From Burkholderiales bacterium (lineage in GTDB: Bacteria > Pseudomonadota > Gammaproteobacteria > Burkholderiales > SG8-39): DNA of 64,000 bases. The stretch covers positions 90,840 to 154,839 of the forward strand of contig JADLAV010000031.1 of assembly GCA_020848075.1 (NCBI GenBank). Direction: 5' to 3'. A model generated the notes under the pieces. That model saw only the letters and a list, made by a program, of their open reading frames with translations. It was not told the origin of the DNA and made no database searches. Numbering within the stretch: position 1 is the first letter of the stretch; each line of letters starts with the position of its first letter. The position numbers and the translations under genes are program-made. Positions 26,376 to 36,741 of the stretch are shown here, piece after piece.

Positions 26376-27092
26376 ATGACGGCCCTCGCGGGGAAGGTGG
26401 CGATCATCACCGGCGCGACCGGTAATCTCGGTCAGGCGACCGCGCGCGCGTTTCACGCAGCCGGCGCGAAGACCGTGCTGGTGGGCCGTTCAGCCGAGGC
26501 CCTCCAGCGGCTGTACGGTGGCTCCGGTCCGGATGCGGACCGGATGATCGCGAGCGGCGTCGATCTCGACGACGAGGGCAGCGCGCGCGCGCTGGCCGCC
26601 TCGGCGCGCGCGCGTTTCGGCCGTATCGACGTGCTGGTGAACACGGTGGGCGGGTTCCGCGGCGGGAAGCACGTGCACGAGGAGGACCTCGCGACCTGGG
26701 ACCTGATGATGAGCATGAACCTGCGCACCACCCTCCTCGCGTGCCGGGCGGTGCTGCCGGTGATGCTCGAGCGGGGGAGCGGGGCCATCGTCAACGTCGG
26801 CGCGGGCGCGGCACTTGCGGCCCCCGCCGGCCTCGCCGCATACAGCGCGTCCAAGTCAGCAGTTCTGCGGTTGACGGAGAGCCTGTCCGCCGAAGTGAAG
26901 GCGAAGGGTCTCCGCGTCAATGCCGTCCTGCCGAGCACGATCGACACGCCGCAGAACCGCGCAGCGATGCCGCGCGCCGACCCGTCGAAGTGGGTCGCGC
27001 CCGACGCGATTGCGGACGTGATCGTGTTTCTCGCGTCGGACGCCGCGCGCGCGGTGACCGGCGTCGCGCTGCCGGTGTTCGGGCGCGGCTAA
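26376..27092 (+). CDS. Short-chain dehydrogenase/reductase (SDR)
   Basis: Internal Met after aaggagg (238 aa). TGATGNLG cofactor motif and catalytic YSASK. Confidence 0.88.
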   Translation: MTALAGKVAIITGATGNLGQATARAFHAAGAKTVLVGRSAEALQRLYGGSGPDADRMIASGVDLDDEGSARALAASARARFGRIDVLVNTVGGFRGGKHVHEEDLATWDLMMSMNLRTTLLACRAVLPVMLERGSGAIVNVGAGAALAAPAGLAAYSASKSAVLRLTESLSAEVKAKGLRVNAVLPSTIDTPQNRAAMPRADPSKWVAPDAIADVIVFLASDAARAVTGVALPVFGRG

Positions 27093-28312
27093 TTGAGCTG
27101 AACGCGCTCGCCCCAGGGCACTGGGGCATTGCCCTTGACCAGCCAGAGCACCGGGAATTCCGGCGTCCGCTCGGGGAACTCGCCGAGCGCATCGGTGAAG
27201 TAGAGCAGCGCATCCGGGCGTACGGGTTCGCTCCGGAGCCACTCGAACACCGGCGTGAACCGGGTGCCTCCGCCCCCGGCAAGGCCTGCCGGCACCTCCA
27301 GGCGCTCCCAGGGCTCGAATCGCCACGGCGCGCCCGGCGCGAGCGCGGTGTCGCAGGCGAGGAGCGTCACGCGCGCCCGGATCTGGCCCTTCAATGCGTC
27401 GATCTCGCCGACGAACGCAGCGAGATCCTGCACGCCGATCGATCCGCTGGTGTCGAGCGCGAGCGCGAGGTTCGTCTCGCCGCTCGCGAGCCCCGGCAGG
27501 ATGGCGGGACCCTCGCGGCGGCTCGGCCGCTGGAAGCTGTAGTCGTCGCGCGCGATCGTCGTCAGGAACCGCGCGAGCAGCGCGCGCCACGGCAGCCGCG
27601 GTTGTACGAGCGCATCGAGCACCCGGTGGAAGACGCTGCCCAGGCGACCGGCGGCCTCGGCCTCGAGACCCGCGGCCGCGAGGCGCTCACGCCACTCGCT
27701 CGCCAACGTGCCGGCCGGCGCGAGCACGGGCACGCCGAGCGGAGACCGCGTGAGCACTTCGTCGAAGCCGTCCCGGTGCGCTTCGAGATGCCCGGGCGCG
27801 ACCGCCATTTCGCTCGCACCGCCGCTGACGCGCACCGGCAATGGGCTCGCGATCGACACGCCGAACCAGTGCTCGTCGAAGGGCCGTTCGTCGGCTGCGT
27901 CCTCGAGCAGCGGGTAGATCTCCTCGGCAGCGAGTCCGCGATACTTCGGGTCGAGCAGCACACCGCCGGGCGCGCGCATGCCGTCGTCCACGAGCAGCTG
28001 ATTCACCGCGTAGTCGCACGCGCGGTCCCAACGGCGGCGGATCCGGCCGCGCGCACGGTCGAAGTGCAGGAGCGCGCAGTGCAGCGCTTCGTGCGCGAGG
28101 ACGAATTGGGTTTCGGCAAGACCGAGCGAATCGATGAACCCGGGGGTGAAGTGGAACCCGCGGCCGTCGGTCGCCACCGTGCGGCACCGCGTCGAGGGCA
28201 CGAGCGCGAGATGCAGGACCAGCGCGCCGAGGAAGGGCCGCTCGAGCACGAGCCGGGTGCGCGCGGCGCCGAGCTTGGCGAGCGCAGCCGTCGCGGAATC
28301 GGTCGGTGTCAC
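27089..28312 (-). CDS. DUF2201-type protein: N-terminal putative metallopeptidase (HExxH) plus C-terminal VWA-like domain
   Basis: GTG start at 28312 overlaps the AAA gene TGA (GTGA); 407 aa. Has the motifs HEALHCALLH and the MIDAS-like LALALDTSGSIG. Confidence 0.7.
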   Translation of the reverse strand: MTPTDSATAALAKLGAARTRLVLERPFLGALVLHLALVPSTRCRTVATDGRGFHFTPGFIDSLGLAETQFVLAHEALHCALLHFDRARGRIRRRWDRACDYAVNQLLVDDGMRAPGGVLLDPKYRGLAAEEIYPLLEDAADERPFDEHWFGVSIASPLPVRVSGGASEMAVAPGHLEAHRDGFDEVLTRSPLGVPVLAPAGTLASEWRERLAAAGLEAEAAGRLGSVFHRVLDALVQPRLPWRALLARFLTTIARDDYSFQRPSRREGPAILPGLASGETNLALALDTSGSIGVQDLAAFVGEIDALKGQIRARVTLLACDTALAPGAPWRFEPWERLEVPAGLAGGGGTRFTPVFEWLRSEPVRPDALLYFTDALGEFPERTPEFPVLWLVKGNAPVPWGERVQLN

Positions 28313-29355
28313 GCCCGCTCGAAGGAGACGAGGTCGCTCACTTCCTGCGCCCAGGCGGCGAACGCCTCCAAGCCGTACAGCGGCCGTCCCAGCACCCGCT
28401 GGAGATCGGTCACCAGCATCACGCCGAGCTCGCGCTGCGGGAACCGCCGCGCGTACTCGAGCGCGTGATTGGTGGCCTCCGGCTGCGCCGCGGCGGGCAG
28501 CCGCCCGATGTGGCGCACGAGCGCTGCGGCGACCGCATACTGCACCTCGAGCCCGCGCGGCATGTCCTTCGTCGCGCCGGCTGCGATCGCCGCGACGTCC
28601 GGCATGGCATCCAGGTGCTCCAGGTAAGCGCGGCACGCCAGGCCGGCCGCCGCGCCCACGCAGGCGTTGAGCGCCTCGCCCAGGAGCTCGGGCACGCGCT
28701 CGAACTTCGCCAGGGCGCGGTGCGCGTACTCCCACGAGCGCGGCGTCGGGAACGCCGCGGCGTACCGCGCCGGGTCGAACAGGAAGAGGAGGTCCGGGCG
28801 GAAGCGCAGAAAAGCGATCAGGCGCGCATCGATGCCGCTCGCGTGGGCCCACACGATCCAGTCGTCGAGGTCCGCCTCGACCTCGTAGTGCGCGAAGCGA
28901 TTGGCCAGCGGTGCGGCCATCTGGTAGGTCACCCCCCGGTCGCCGTGCCGGTTGCCGGCCGCGAAGATCGCCCACCCCTGCGGCACGCGATACTCGCCGA
29001 GCCGGCGATCGAGGATGAGCTGGTACGCGGCCGCCGTCACGGTGGGCACCGCCGAGGTGATCTCATCGAGGAACAGGACGCCGCGCGGGCCGTGGCGCGC
29101 TCCATCCGGCAGCATTGCAGGCACCGACCAGATCACGTTCGCGCCGTGGCGAAACGGAATTCCGCGCAGATCGGTCGGCTCCATCTGGGCGAGCCGCACG
29201 TCGATCAGCGGTACGCCCGCCCGGTCGGCGATCTGCGCGACGATCTGGGATTTGCCGACGCCCGGCGGGCCCCAGAGCATCACCGGCGTGTGCGTGCCCG
29301 CCGGCACGGCGGCGAACTCACCCGCGAGCACGGCAGCGATCTGCGAGGGGCGCAT
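28309..29355 (-). CDS. AAA_5 (MoxR/NorQ-like) ATPase
   Basis: 348 aa. Walker A GPPGVGKS, Walker B VLFLDEITS. Confidence 0.8.
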   Translation of the reverse strand: MRPSQIAAVLAGEFAAVPAGTHTPVMLWGPPGVGKSQIVAQIADRAGVPLIDVRLAQMEPTDLRGIPFRHGANVIWSVPAMLPDGARHGPRGVLFLDEITSAVPTVTAAAYQLILDRRLGEYRVPQGWAIFAAGNRHGDRGVTYQMAAPLANRFAHYEVEADLDDWIVWAHASGIDARLIAFLRFRPDLLFLFDPARYAAAFPTPRSWEYAHRALAKFERVPELLGEALNACVGAAAGLACRAYLEHLDAMPDVAAIAAGATKDMPRGLEVQYAVAAALVRHIGRLPAAAQPEATNHALEYARRFPQRELGVMLVTDLQRVLGRPLYGLEAFAAWAQEVSDLVSFERA

Positions 29356-29437
29356 GCGGAAAAAACGTTGTGCAAACGGGGGGTTGGGCTATCATAGCAC
29401 GCGTATTCCACGCTTCTTGCGCGTCACCGCCGCCACG

Positions 29438-29974
29438 ATGAAGTTCTGCCCCAACTGCGGCGCACCGGTCACCGTCAAGGTCCCGACCGGCGACCACCTG
29501 CCGCGCCATGTCTGCGATGCCTGCGGTACGGTCCACTACTCGAACCCGAAGATGGTGATCGGCTGCATTCCCGAGTGGGAAGGCCGCGTGCTCTTGTGCA
29601 GGCGCGCGATCGAGCCCCGCTCCGGGCTGTGGACGCTGCCCGCGGGGTTCATGGAGAACGGCGAGACCGTCGCACAGGCCGCCCTGCGCGAGACCTTCGA
29701 AGAGGCGAACGCGCGCGTCGAGCTCGCCGAGATGTTCACCGTCCTCTCGGTTCCCTACGTGAACCAGGTGCACATCTTCTACCGCGCGCGCCTGCTCGAT
29801 CTCGACTTCGGCCCGGGAACCGAGAGCCTCGAGGTCGCGCTCTTTCGCGAGGAGGAGGTCCCCTGGCGCGAGATCGCGTTCCGGACCGTGTCGCTCACCC
29901 TCGAGCACTTCTATGCCGATCGCGAGCAGGGTGCGTTCCAGATTCACGCGGGCGACATCCATCCGAAGCGCTGA
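29438..29974 (+). CDS. NUDIX hydrolase with N-terminal zinc ribbon
   Basis: Internal Met of ORF 28952..29974 (178 aa). CPNC...CDAC ribbon; Nudix box GFMENGETVAQAALRETFEEANA. Confidence 0.85.
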   Translation: MKFCPNCGAPVTVKVPTGDHLPRHVCDACGTVHYSNPKMVIGCIPEWEGRVLLCRRAIEPRSGLWTLPAGFMENGETVAQAALRETFEEANARVELAEMFTVLSVPYVNQVHIFYRARLLDLDFGPGTESLEVALFREEEVPWREIAFRTVSLTLEHFYADREQGAFQIHAGDIHPKR

Positions 29975-30007
29975 CGGCAGCACCTCTTTGGCTGCGGTGC
30001 CGATCGA

Positions 30008-30718
30008 ATGATTCCCTGGCTGGACCGCGCGACGCCGTTCCCGCCGCTCGAGCGCGCATCGAAGGAGCCGAACGGGCTCCTCGCGGTGGGTGGCGATCTC
30101 TCCCCGGGCCGCCTGCTCGCCGCATACCGGCGCGGGATCTTCCCCTGGTTCACCGCCGGCGATCCGATTCTCTGGTGGAGCCCCGACCCGCGCATGGTGC
30201 TCTTTCCCGGGGAGCTCAAGGTTTCGCGGTCGCTCGCGAAGACCTTGCGCAATCGCCGGTACGAGATCCGCTTCGACCACGACTTCGACGCCGTGATCCG
30301 GAACTGCGCGGCCCCGCGCGACGGGCAGCCCGAGACCTGGATCACGGCCGAGATGCGCGCCGCGTACGGCCGCCTGCACGTCCTCGGCTATGCCCACTCG
30401 GTCGAGACCTGGGTGGAAGGCGAGCTGGCGGGCGGCCTCTACGGCGTCGCGGTCGGCGCCGCGTTCTTCGGGGAGTCGATGTTCACCCGGATGCGCGACG
30501 CGTCCAAGATCGCCCTGGTGCATCTCGTCGAGCGGCTGCGCACGGCGGGCTGCGGCTTGATCGACTGCCAGATGCGGACCGCGCACCTCGCCTCGCTCGG
30601 CGCGCGCGAGATCCCGCGCAAGGAATTCGCCAGGCGTCTGAAGGAGTTGGTAGACTACGGGCAGGCGCCCGGTCTTTGGCGCACCTCGATCGAAAGCAGT
30701 CATGTCGCAGCTGAATGA
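30008..30718 (+). CDS. aat: Leucyl/phenylalanyl-tRNA--protein transferase
   Basis: 236 aa. [13 protein letters not shown] and WWSPDPR motifs. Confidence 0.92.
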   Translation: MIPWLDRATPFPPLERASKEPNGLLAVGGDLSPGRLLAAYRRGIFPWFTAGDPILWWSPDPRMVLFPGELKVSRSLAKTLRNRRYEIRFDHDFDAVIRNCAAPRDGQPETWITAEMRAAYGRLHVLGYAHSVETWVEGELAGGLYGVAVGAAFFGESMFTRMRDASKIALVHLVERLRTAGCGLIDCQMRTAHLASLGAREIPRKEFARRLKELVDYGQAPGLWRTSIESSHVAAE

Positions 30719-31442
30719 CCTGCCGCATGCCGTACTGCAGTTCTACGTCACGGCGCCCTACCCGTGCAGCTACCTGCCGGGCCGCCTGGCGCGCTCGCAG
30801 GTCGCGACACCCTCGCACCTCATCGGCAACGACCTGTACGGCGATCTGGTGCGCCTCGGTTTTCGCCGCAGCGGCATCTTCACCTACCGGCCCTACTGCG
30901 ACGCCTGCCGGGCGTGCGTGCCGGTGCGCATCCCGATCGCCGAATTCTCCGCCTCGCGCTACCAGCGCCGCGCCGAGCGCCGCCACGCCGATCTGCACGG
31001 GCAGGCGCTCGGCCTGCGCTTCCGCGTCGAGCATTACGCGCTCTACCTGCGCTACCAGGCGGCGCGCCACGCGGGCGGCGGAATGGATCAGGACAGCCGC
31101 GACCAGTATTCGCACTTCCTGCTGCAGAGCCGCGTGAACACGCGGCTCATCGAGTTTCGGGAAGCCGGGCGGCTCGCGATGGTGAGCATCGTCGACCATC
31201 TGTCCGACGGCCTGTCCTCCGTCTACACGTTCTTCGATCCCGAGGCGCAAGGCGCGAGCCTCGGCACGTACAACATTCTCTGGCAGATCGCGCAGTGCAA
31301 GGCGCTCGGCCTGCCGTACCTCTACCTCGGCTACTGGATCCGCGACAGCCGCAAGATGGCGTACAAGGCGCGCTTCCGGCCGATCGAAGGCTTCGTCGAC
31401 GGCAGCTGGCGGCGCCTGCGCGCCGAGGAGCTCGACGGCTGA
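30702..31442 (+). CDS. bpt: Arginyl/leucyl-tRNA--protein transferase (bacterial ATE homologue)
   Basis: 246 aa. CSYLPGR...GFRRSG...[15 protein letters not shown] and YLGYWI. Overlaps aat by 17 nt. Confidence 0.88.
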   Translation: MSQLNDLPHAVLQFYVTAPYPCSYLPGRLARSQVATPSHLIGNDLYGDLVRLGFRRSGIFTYRPYCDACRACVPVRIPIAEFSASRYQRRAERRHADLHGQALGLRFRVEHYALYLRYQAARHAGGGMDQDSRDQYSHFLLQSRVNTRLIEFREAGRLAMVSIVDHLSDGLSSVYTFFDPEAQGASLGTYNILWQIAQCKALGLPYLYLGYWIRDSRKMAYKARFRPIEGFVDGSWRRLRAEELDG

Positions 31443-31489
31443 CCGGGCGCGCAGCCGGAGCGCGGGCGCGCCTTTGCTAAACTCCGGCC

Positions 31490-32527
31490 ATGCTGTTCGA
31501 CTTGGCGCGGCCGCTCCTCTTCCTGCTGGATGCCGAGGTCGCCCATGAGCTGGTGCTGCCCTCGGCCCGGCTGGCGCACCGTTTCGGGCTGTCCGGCCTG
31601 CCGGGCGGGCCGCTTCCCGGCCGCCAGGTGAATGCCATGGGGCTCGCGTTTCCCAACCCGGTCGGGCTCGCTGCCGGATTCGACAAGAATGCAGCGTTCC
31701 TCCGGCTCTTCGCCGCGTTCGGATTCGGGTTTCTCGAGATCGGCACCGTGACGCCGCGCCCGCAACCGGGCAACCCGAAGCCGCGGCTCTTCCGCATTGC
31801 GGCCGCGCGTGCGCTCATCAACCGCATGGGATTCAACAACTGCGGCATCGCGCGGTTCGTAGAGAACGTGCGCCGTGCGCGCTATGACGGCATTCTCGGC
31901 ATCAACATCGGGAAGAACGCCGCCACCCCGATCGAGCGCGCGGCGGACGACTACGTCGCCTGCATGCAGGCGGTCTACCCGCTGGCGAGCTACATCGCCG
32001 TGAACATTTCTTCACCGAACACCAAGGATCTGCGCGAATTGCAGCGCGGGACCGCGCTCGAGGGATTGCTCGATGCGCTGGGCCGCGAGCGGCGCAGCCT
32101 CGCCCGCAAGCACAATCGCCGCGTGCCGATCGCCGTCAAGATCGCCCCGGACCTCGAGGACGATGCCATCCCCGCCATCGCCGAGCGGTTCCTGGCGCAC
32201 GAAGTGGACGCGATCATCGCCACTAACGCGACGGTGAGTCGCGCCGGCCTCGCCGGGCTGCCGCACGCCGACGAGGCGGGCGGACTCACCGGCGCGCCGC
32301 TCCGCGCGCGTGCGACCGAGGTGGTCCGGCGTCTGGCGGCCGCGCTGCAGGGCGCGATCCCGATCATCGGCGTCGGCGGCATCCTGTCCGGCGCGGATGC
32401 GCTGGAGAGGATCGATGCCGGCGCGTCGCTGGTGCAGCTCTACACCGGGCTCGTCTATCGCGGGCCCGCCCTGGTACGCGAGGCCGTTGCGGCGATCGAG
32501 CCGCAGGCCGCGCGCATGGCGGCCTGA
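31490..32527 (+). CDS. pyrD: Dihydroorotate dehydrogenase (quinone), class 2
   Basis: 345 aa. [29 protein letters not shown] and NISSPNT motifs. Confidence 0.93.
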   Translation: MLFDLARPLLFLLDAEVAHELVLPSARLAHRFGLSGLPGGPLPGRQVNAMGLAFPNPVGLAAGFDKNAAFLRLFAAFGFGFLEIGTVTPRPQPGNPKPRLFRIAAARALINRMGFNNCGIARFVENVRRARYDGILGINIGKNAATPIERAADDYVACMQAVYPLASYIAVNISSPNTKDLRELQRGTALEGLLDALGRERRSLARKHNRRVPIAVKIAPDLEDDAIPAIAERFLAHEVDAIIATNATVSRAGLAGLPHADEAGGLTGAPLRARATEVVRRLAAALQGAIPIIGVGGILSGADALERIDAGASLVQLYTGLVYRGPALVREAVAAIEPQAARMAA

Positions 32528-32538
32528 TCGCCGGACCC

Positions 32539-33282
32539 ATGGCCGGAGCACGCACGCCGCTCGCTGCGGCAGGACGCGCCGATCCGGCGCTCGCCGACCG
32601 CATCGATGCGCTCCTGCCCCAGACGCAATGCGCGAAGTGCGGCTATCCGTCCTGCCGCGGCTACGCCGAAGCGCTCGCCGCGGGCACGGCGGCCGTGAAC
32701 CAATGCCCGCCCGGCGGCGACACCGGCATCCGGCAGCTCGCCGCCGCGGTCGGTCTTCCGCCCCTGCCCCTCGATCCCGGGTACGGCATCGAGCGACCGC
32801 GGCAGGTCGCGTCGATCGACGAGCCGCGTTGCATCGGCTGCACGCTTTGCATCCAGGCGTGCCCGGTCGACGCCATCGTGGGCGCCCCCAAGCAGATGCA
32901 CACCGTGGTGACCGCGCTCTGCACGGGCTGCGAGCTCTGCCTGCCGCCCTGTCCGGTCGACTGCATCGCGATGCGCCCGGCCACCGGCGCAGACGCGACA
33001 TGGGACCGCCCTCGCATGGATGCGGCACGCAACCGCTTCCAGCGACGCGCCTTGCGCCTTGCGCGCGAGCGCGCGGAGCGCGCCAAGCGCCTGACCGAGC
33101 ATTCGCAGGGCGCGGCCCGGGACGCGTCTCCCTTGCAACCGGGCGACCCGGCCGACAAGCAAGCGGTCATCCGCGCGGCGCTCGCGCGGGTCCGCGCGAG
33201 ACGTGCGGCCGCACTCGGGCGCACCGGCGCGCCGCAGGCATCCGAGCCGCCAGCGCCGGGTCCGCGGCGCCGCCAGCCGTGA
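32539..33282 (+). CDS. RnfB-related ferredoxin (4Fe-4S dicluster)
   Basis: 247 aa. N-terminal [15 protein letters not shown]...QCPPGG and two clusters [12 protein letters not shown] / [12 protein letters not shown]. Confidence 0.8.
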   Translation: MAGARTPLAAAGRADPALADRIDALLPQTQCAKCGYPSCRGYAEALAAGTAAVNQCPPGGDTGIRQLAAAVGLPPLPLDPGYGIERPRQVASIDEPRCIGCTLCIQACPVDAIVGAPKQMHTVVTALCTGCELCLPPCPVDCIAMRPATGADATWDRPRMDAARNRFQRRALRLARERAERAKRLTEHSQGAARDASPLQPGDPADKQAVIRAALARVRARRAAALGRTGAPQASEPPAPGPRRRQP

Positions 33283-33917
33283 ATCTCGCCAAGCGCGAGG
33301 CCATCTTCGCCCGCCTGCAAGCGGCGAATCCGGCGCCCGCCACCGAGCTCGAGTACGGCTCGCCGTTTCAGCTGCTGGTGGCCGTGATCCTGTCGGCGCA
33401 GGCGACCGACCGCAGCGTGAACGCCGCCACCCGCGACCTCTTCCGCACGGCCGCGACGCCCGCGGCGATCGTCGCGCTCGGCGAAGCCGGACTCGCCGAG
33501 CGCATCAAGTCGATCGGGCTCTTCCGCAACAAGGCGAAGAACATCGTCGCCGCGAGCCGCATGCTGCTCGAGCAGCATGGCGGCGCCGTGCCGCAGACGC
33601 GCGAGGCGCTCGAGGCACTGCCGGGGGTCGGGCGCAAGACCGCGAATGTCGTCCTGAACACGGCCTTCGGTCAGCCGACGATCGCGGTCGACACGCACAT
33701 CTTCCGGGTTGCGAACCGCACCGGCCTCGCGCCCGGCCGGAACGTGGCCGAGGTGGAGCGCAAGCTCACGAAGCTCGTCCCGGAGCGATTCCGCAAGGAC
33801 GCGCACCACTGGCTGATCCTGCACGGCCGGTACGTCTGCAAGGCGCGCAAGCCGGACTGCCCGCGCTGCGTGATCCGCGATCTGTGCGAGTACCGCCGGA
33901 AGACCGAGGATGTATAA
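33279..33917 (+). CDS. nth: Endonuclease III
   Basis: GTG start overlaps the ferredoxin TGA (GTGA); 212 aa. Hh[14 protein letters not shown]; Fe-S cluster [17 protein letters not shown]. Confidence 0.9.
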   Translation: MNLAKREAIFARLQAANPAPATELEYGSPFQLLVAVILSAQATDRSVNAATRDLFRTAATPAAIVALGEAGLAERIKSIGLFRNKAKNIVAASRMLLEQHGGAVPQTREALEALPGVGRKTANVVLNTAFGQPTIAVDTHIFRVANRTGLAPGRNVAEVERKLTKLVPERFRKDAHHWLILHGRYVCKARKPDCPRCVIRDLCEYRRKTEDV

Positions 33918-34332
33918 CCCCTCGCGCGAGCAGGCGCGGCGATTCTTCTTCGACGCCTGGCGCAAGCACCGCGAGCGCAGGCCGCTCGTCGGGCTGGAGG
34001 CGGTTGCGGTGGACGTCATGCTGATCCATTCGGAGCACCACCACATCCTCGACGACCCCGCGCGCCACCTCGACCGCGACTACGCGCCGGAGGACGGCGC
34101 GGCGAACCCGTTCCTGCACATGAGCCTGCACGTCGCGATCGAGGAGCAGCTGGCGATCGATCAGCCGCCCGGCATCGGCGCCGAGTTCCAGCGCATCCTT
34201 GCGCGCCATGGCGATCGCCACGACGCGCTGCACGTCGTGCTCGAGTGCCTGGGCGAGGCGGTCTGGGCGGGTCAGCGCGCAGGCGGCACGCCGGACGCGG
34301 CCGCGTACCTGGATTGCCTGCGGAGGAAGTAG
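33910..34332 (+). CDS. DUF1841 family protein
   Basis: 140 aa. NPFLHMSLHVAIEEQL string. Overlaps the nth end by 8 nt. Confidence 0.7.
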   Translation: MYNPSREQARRFFFDAWRKHRERRPLVGLEAVAVDVMLIHSEHHHILDDPARHLDRDYAPEDGAANPFLHMSLHVAIEEQLAIDQPPGIGAEFQRILARHGDRHDALHVVLECLGEAVWAGQRAGGTPDAAAYLDCLRRK

Positions 34333-34341
34333 GCGCGGCGG

Positions 34342-34680
34342 CTAGCGCTTGTCGGCGAGCGTCGTCGGGCGGCTCGCGTAGTAGGCGGCGAGATCCTCGA
34401 TCTCCCGCTCGGTCAACGCCTGCGCCTGCCCGCCCATGATCGGATTCTTGCGCGCACCCGACCGGTAGTCCCTGAGGGCCTTCACGATGTAGTCGGCGTA
34501 CTGGCCACCGAGCTTCGGATACTCCGGTGCGATCGGCTTGTTCCCGTCCGGACCGTGGCATGCGGTGCACACGGCGCTCGCCTTCTTCTCCCCTGCCGCG
34601 ACGTCGCCGGCAAACGCGGGCGCCGCCAGCGCGAGCGCCGCGGCAGCGACGAGCAGGCTCCCGATCCCGGCGCGCTTCAT
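34342..34680 (-). CDS. Monohaem class I cytochrome c
   Basis: Met 73 of ORF 34342..34896 (112 aa). Signal peptide and haem site CTACHG. ATGA overlap with the upstream cytochrome gene. Confidence 0.85.
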   Translation of the reverse strand: MKRAGIGSLLVAAAALALAAPAFAGDVAAGEKKASAVCTACHGPDGNKPIAPEYPKLGGQYADYIVKALRDYRSGARKNPIMGGQAQALTEREIEDLAAYYASRPTTLADKR

Positions 34681-35024
34681 TGCGCGGCTCCTCCGTAGTA
34701 CGCGGCGAGATCGGCCATGTCCTGCGCCGACAGGCTCCTGGCAACCGCCAGCATCGACGGGTGAGACCGCTCTCCCGCCTTGTACTCCTCGAGCGCCTTC
34801 ATGATGTACCCGGGCGACTGCCCGCCGATCTTCGGCACGTGGTAGACCTTCGGGAACGCAGTGCGGTAGCCCGGGATGCCGTGGCAGCCGATGCACATCG
34901 AGTTCTTGCTCTTTGCCCGTTCGGCATCGCCCTTCGGGGCATCCTGCGCGAGCGCAATGCCGGTGGCAAGACCGAGCACGAGCGTCGCGAGGATTCTGAT
35001 CGTCGAAGATTTCGCTGTGCGCAT
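34677..35024 (-). CDS. Monohaem class I cytochrome c
   Basis: Met 67 of ORF 34677..35222 (115 aa). Signal peptide and haem site CIGCHG. Confidence 0.85.
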   Translation of the reverse strand: MRTAKSSTIRILATLVLGLATGIALAQDAPKGDAERAKSKNSMCIGCHGIPGYRTAFPKVYHVPKIGGQSPGYIMKALEEYKAGERSHPSMLAVARSLSAQDMADLAAYYGGAAQ

Positions 35025-35233
35025 CTCTCTCGGTTCCGGGAATCGTCCGGTGGCAGGCAGTCGCGCGATTCTACCGAAGCGCAACCGGCGGGTCAAAAGT
35101 GGCGCCGGGACGAGCGACGCCGCGGGGCCGGGCGCGAGGCCGACGTGGGGGCCCGGGTATAATCCGTCATTGCTCCGCCGGGGGGCCCGGCGTCCCCGGA
35201 ATCCCGCATTCGAAACCCACATTGGACTCCAGC

Positions 35234-36076
35234 ATGCGCTTCAATGGCTCGGCCACCTACGTCGCGACGGAAGACCTCAACCTCGCGGTGAACGCGGCGA
35301 TCACGCTCCAGCGGCCGCTGCTCGTCAAGGGCGAGCCCGGCACCGGCAAGACCAAGCTCGCCGAGGAGGTCGCCGCCGCGCTCGGCCTGCCGCTGCTCGA
35401 GTGGCACATCAAGTCGACGACCAAGGCGCAGCAGGGCCTGTACGAGTACGACGCGGTGTCGCGCCTGCGCGATTCGCAGCTCGGCGACCCGCGCGTCCAC
35501 GACATCGCGAACTACATCGTCCGCGGCATGCTCTGGCAGGCGTTCACCAGCGAGACGCCGGTCGTGCTGCTGATCGACGAGATCGACAAGGCGGACATCG
35601 AGTTCCCGAACGACCTCCTGCGCGAGCTCGACCGCATGGAGTTCTTCGTCTACGAGACGCGCGAGCTGGTGCGCGCGCGGCACCGCCCGATCGTCTTCAT
35701 CACCTCCAACAACGAGAAGGAGCTGCCGGACGCGTTCCTGCGCCGGTGCTTCTTCCACTACATCCGCTTTCCCGACAAGGAGACGATGGAGCGGATCGTC
35801 GATGTCCACTTCCCGGGAATCAAGAAGATGCTCCTCCGCGAGGCCCTGGAGGTGTTCTTCGAGGTGCGCGAGGTGCCGGGCCTGAAGAAGAAGCCCTCCA
35901 CCTCGGAGCTCCTGGACTGGCTGAAGCTGCTGCTCGCCGAGGACATCCCGCCGGAGGCGCTCCGCTCCAAGGACCGGAAGACGATCGTGCCGCCGCTGCA
36001 CGGCGCGCTCCTGAAGAACGAGCAGGACGTGCACCTGTTCGAGCGGCTGGTGTTCATGGCGCGGCAGAACCGGTGA
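35234..36076 (+). CDS. MoxR-family AAA+ ATPase
   Basis: Internal Met of ORF 35099..36076 (280 aa). Walker A GEPGTGKT, Walker B VLLIDEIDKA. Confidence 0.85.
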   Translation: MRFNGSATYVATEDLNLAVNAAITLQRPLLVKGEPGTGKTKLAEEVAAALGLPLLEWHIKSTTKAQQGLYEYDAVSRLRDSQLGDPRVHDIANYIVRGMLWQAFTSETPVVLLIDEIDKADIEFPNDLLRELDRMEFFVYETRELVRARHRPIVFITSNNEKELPDAFLRRCFFHYIRFPDKETMERIVDVHFPGIKKMLLREALEVFFEVREVPGLKKKPSTSELLDWLKLLLAEDIPPEALRSKDRKTIVPPLHGALLKNEQDVHLFERLVFMARQNR

Positions 36077-36086
36077 CCCCTGGAAC

Positions 36087-36740
36087 GTGACGCACGCGCT
36101 CGATCCCGCGCCCTGGCCGCCGCTCGCACCGGTCACGCTCGAGCGGCACCCGGTGCGCCTGCGCCCGTTGCAGGAGGCCGACGCGCCGGCGCTGGTCGAG
36201 GCGGCGCGCGACGGCGAGCTCTGGAAGCTCGGCTACACGATGATCGGCTCCCCGCAGACGATGGCGGCCTGGGTCGCGCAGGCGCTCGCGGCACAGAGCC
36301 AGCATCGCGTCCTGCCCTTCGTCGTGGAGCACCTCCCGACCGGTCGCCTGATCGGCTCGACGCGCTTCCTCAACATCGAGCTCGCGCACCGCCGCCTCGA
36401 GATCGGCAACACCTGGTATGCCGGGTCGTGGCAGCGCTCGGCGGTGAACACGACGTGCAAGCTGCTGCTCCTCGGGCACGCGTTCGACACGCTGGGAGCC
36501 ATCGCGGTGGAGTTCCGGACCGACGAGCGCAATGCGCGCTCGCGGCAGGCGATCCTCGCCCTCGGCGCACGGCACGACGGCGTGCTCCGCCGCCACCTGA
36601 TCATGCCGGACGGCTGGATGCGGAACACGTACGTCTTCTCGATCCTGCGCGGAGAGTGGCCGGCGGTGCGGGAGCGGCTCGACGAACGGCTGGCGCGTCA
36701 TGCCGCGGCGGCCGCAGCGCCGGGCCCGGTGGAGACGTGA
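36087..36740 (+). CDS. GNAT N-acetyltransferase (RimJ/RimL-like)
   Basis: GTG start; 217 aa. VRLRPLQEADAPALVEA opening and the RSRQAILALGARHDGVLR core. Confidence 0.75.
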   Translation: MTHALDPAPWPPLAPVTLERHPVRLRPLQEADAPALVEAARDGELWKLGYTMIGSPQTMAAWVAQALAAQSQHRVLPFVVEHLPTGRLIGSTRFLNIELAHRRLEIGNTWYAGSWQRSAVNTTCKLLLLGHAFDTLGAIAVEFRTDERNARSRQAILALGARHDGVLRRHLIMPDGWMRNTYVFSILRGEWPAVRERLDERLARHAAAAAAPGPVET

Positions 36741-36741
36741 G

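Noticed and set aside
29388-29398. 11-bp palindrome gctatcatagc in the divergent AAA_5/NUDIX intergenic region
   Set aside because: It is too short to distinguish from chance and no repeat of it was seen elsewhere. I note it only as a possible operator or -10 element.
34681-35222. Longer versions of the two cytochrome c ORFs (184 aa and 181 aa in the track)
   Set aside because: The upstream extensions are Arg/Pro-rich and overlap the neighbouring gene or the promoter region. The internal Met residues give proper signal peptides and an ATGA-coupled pair.
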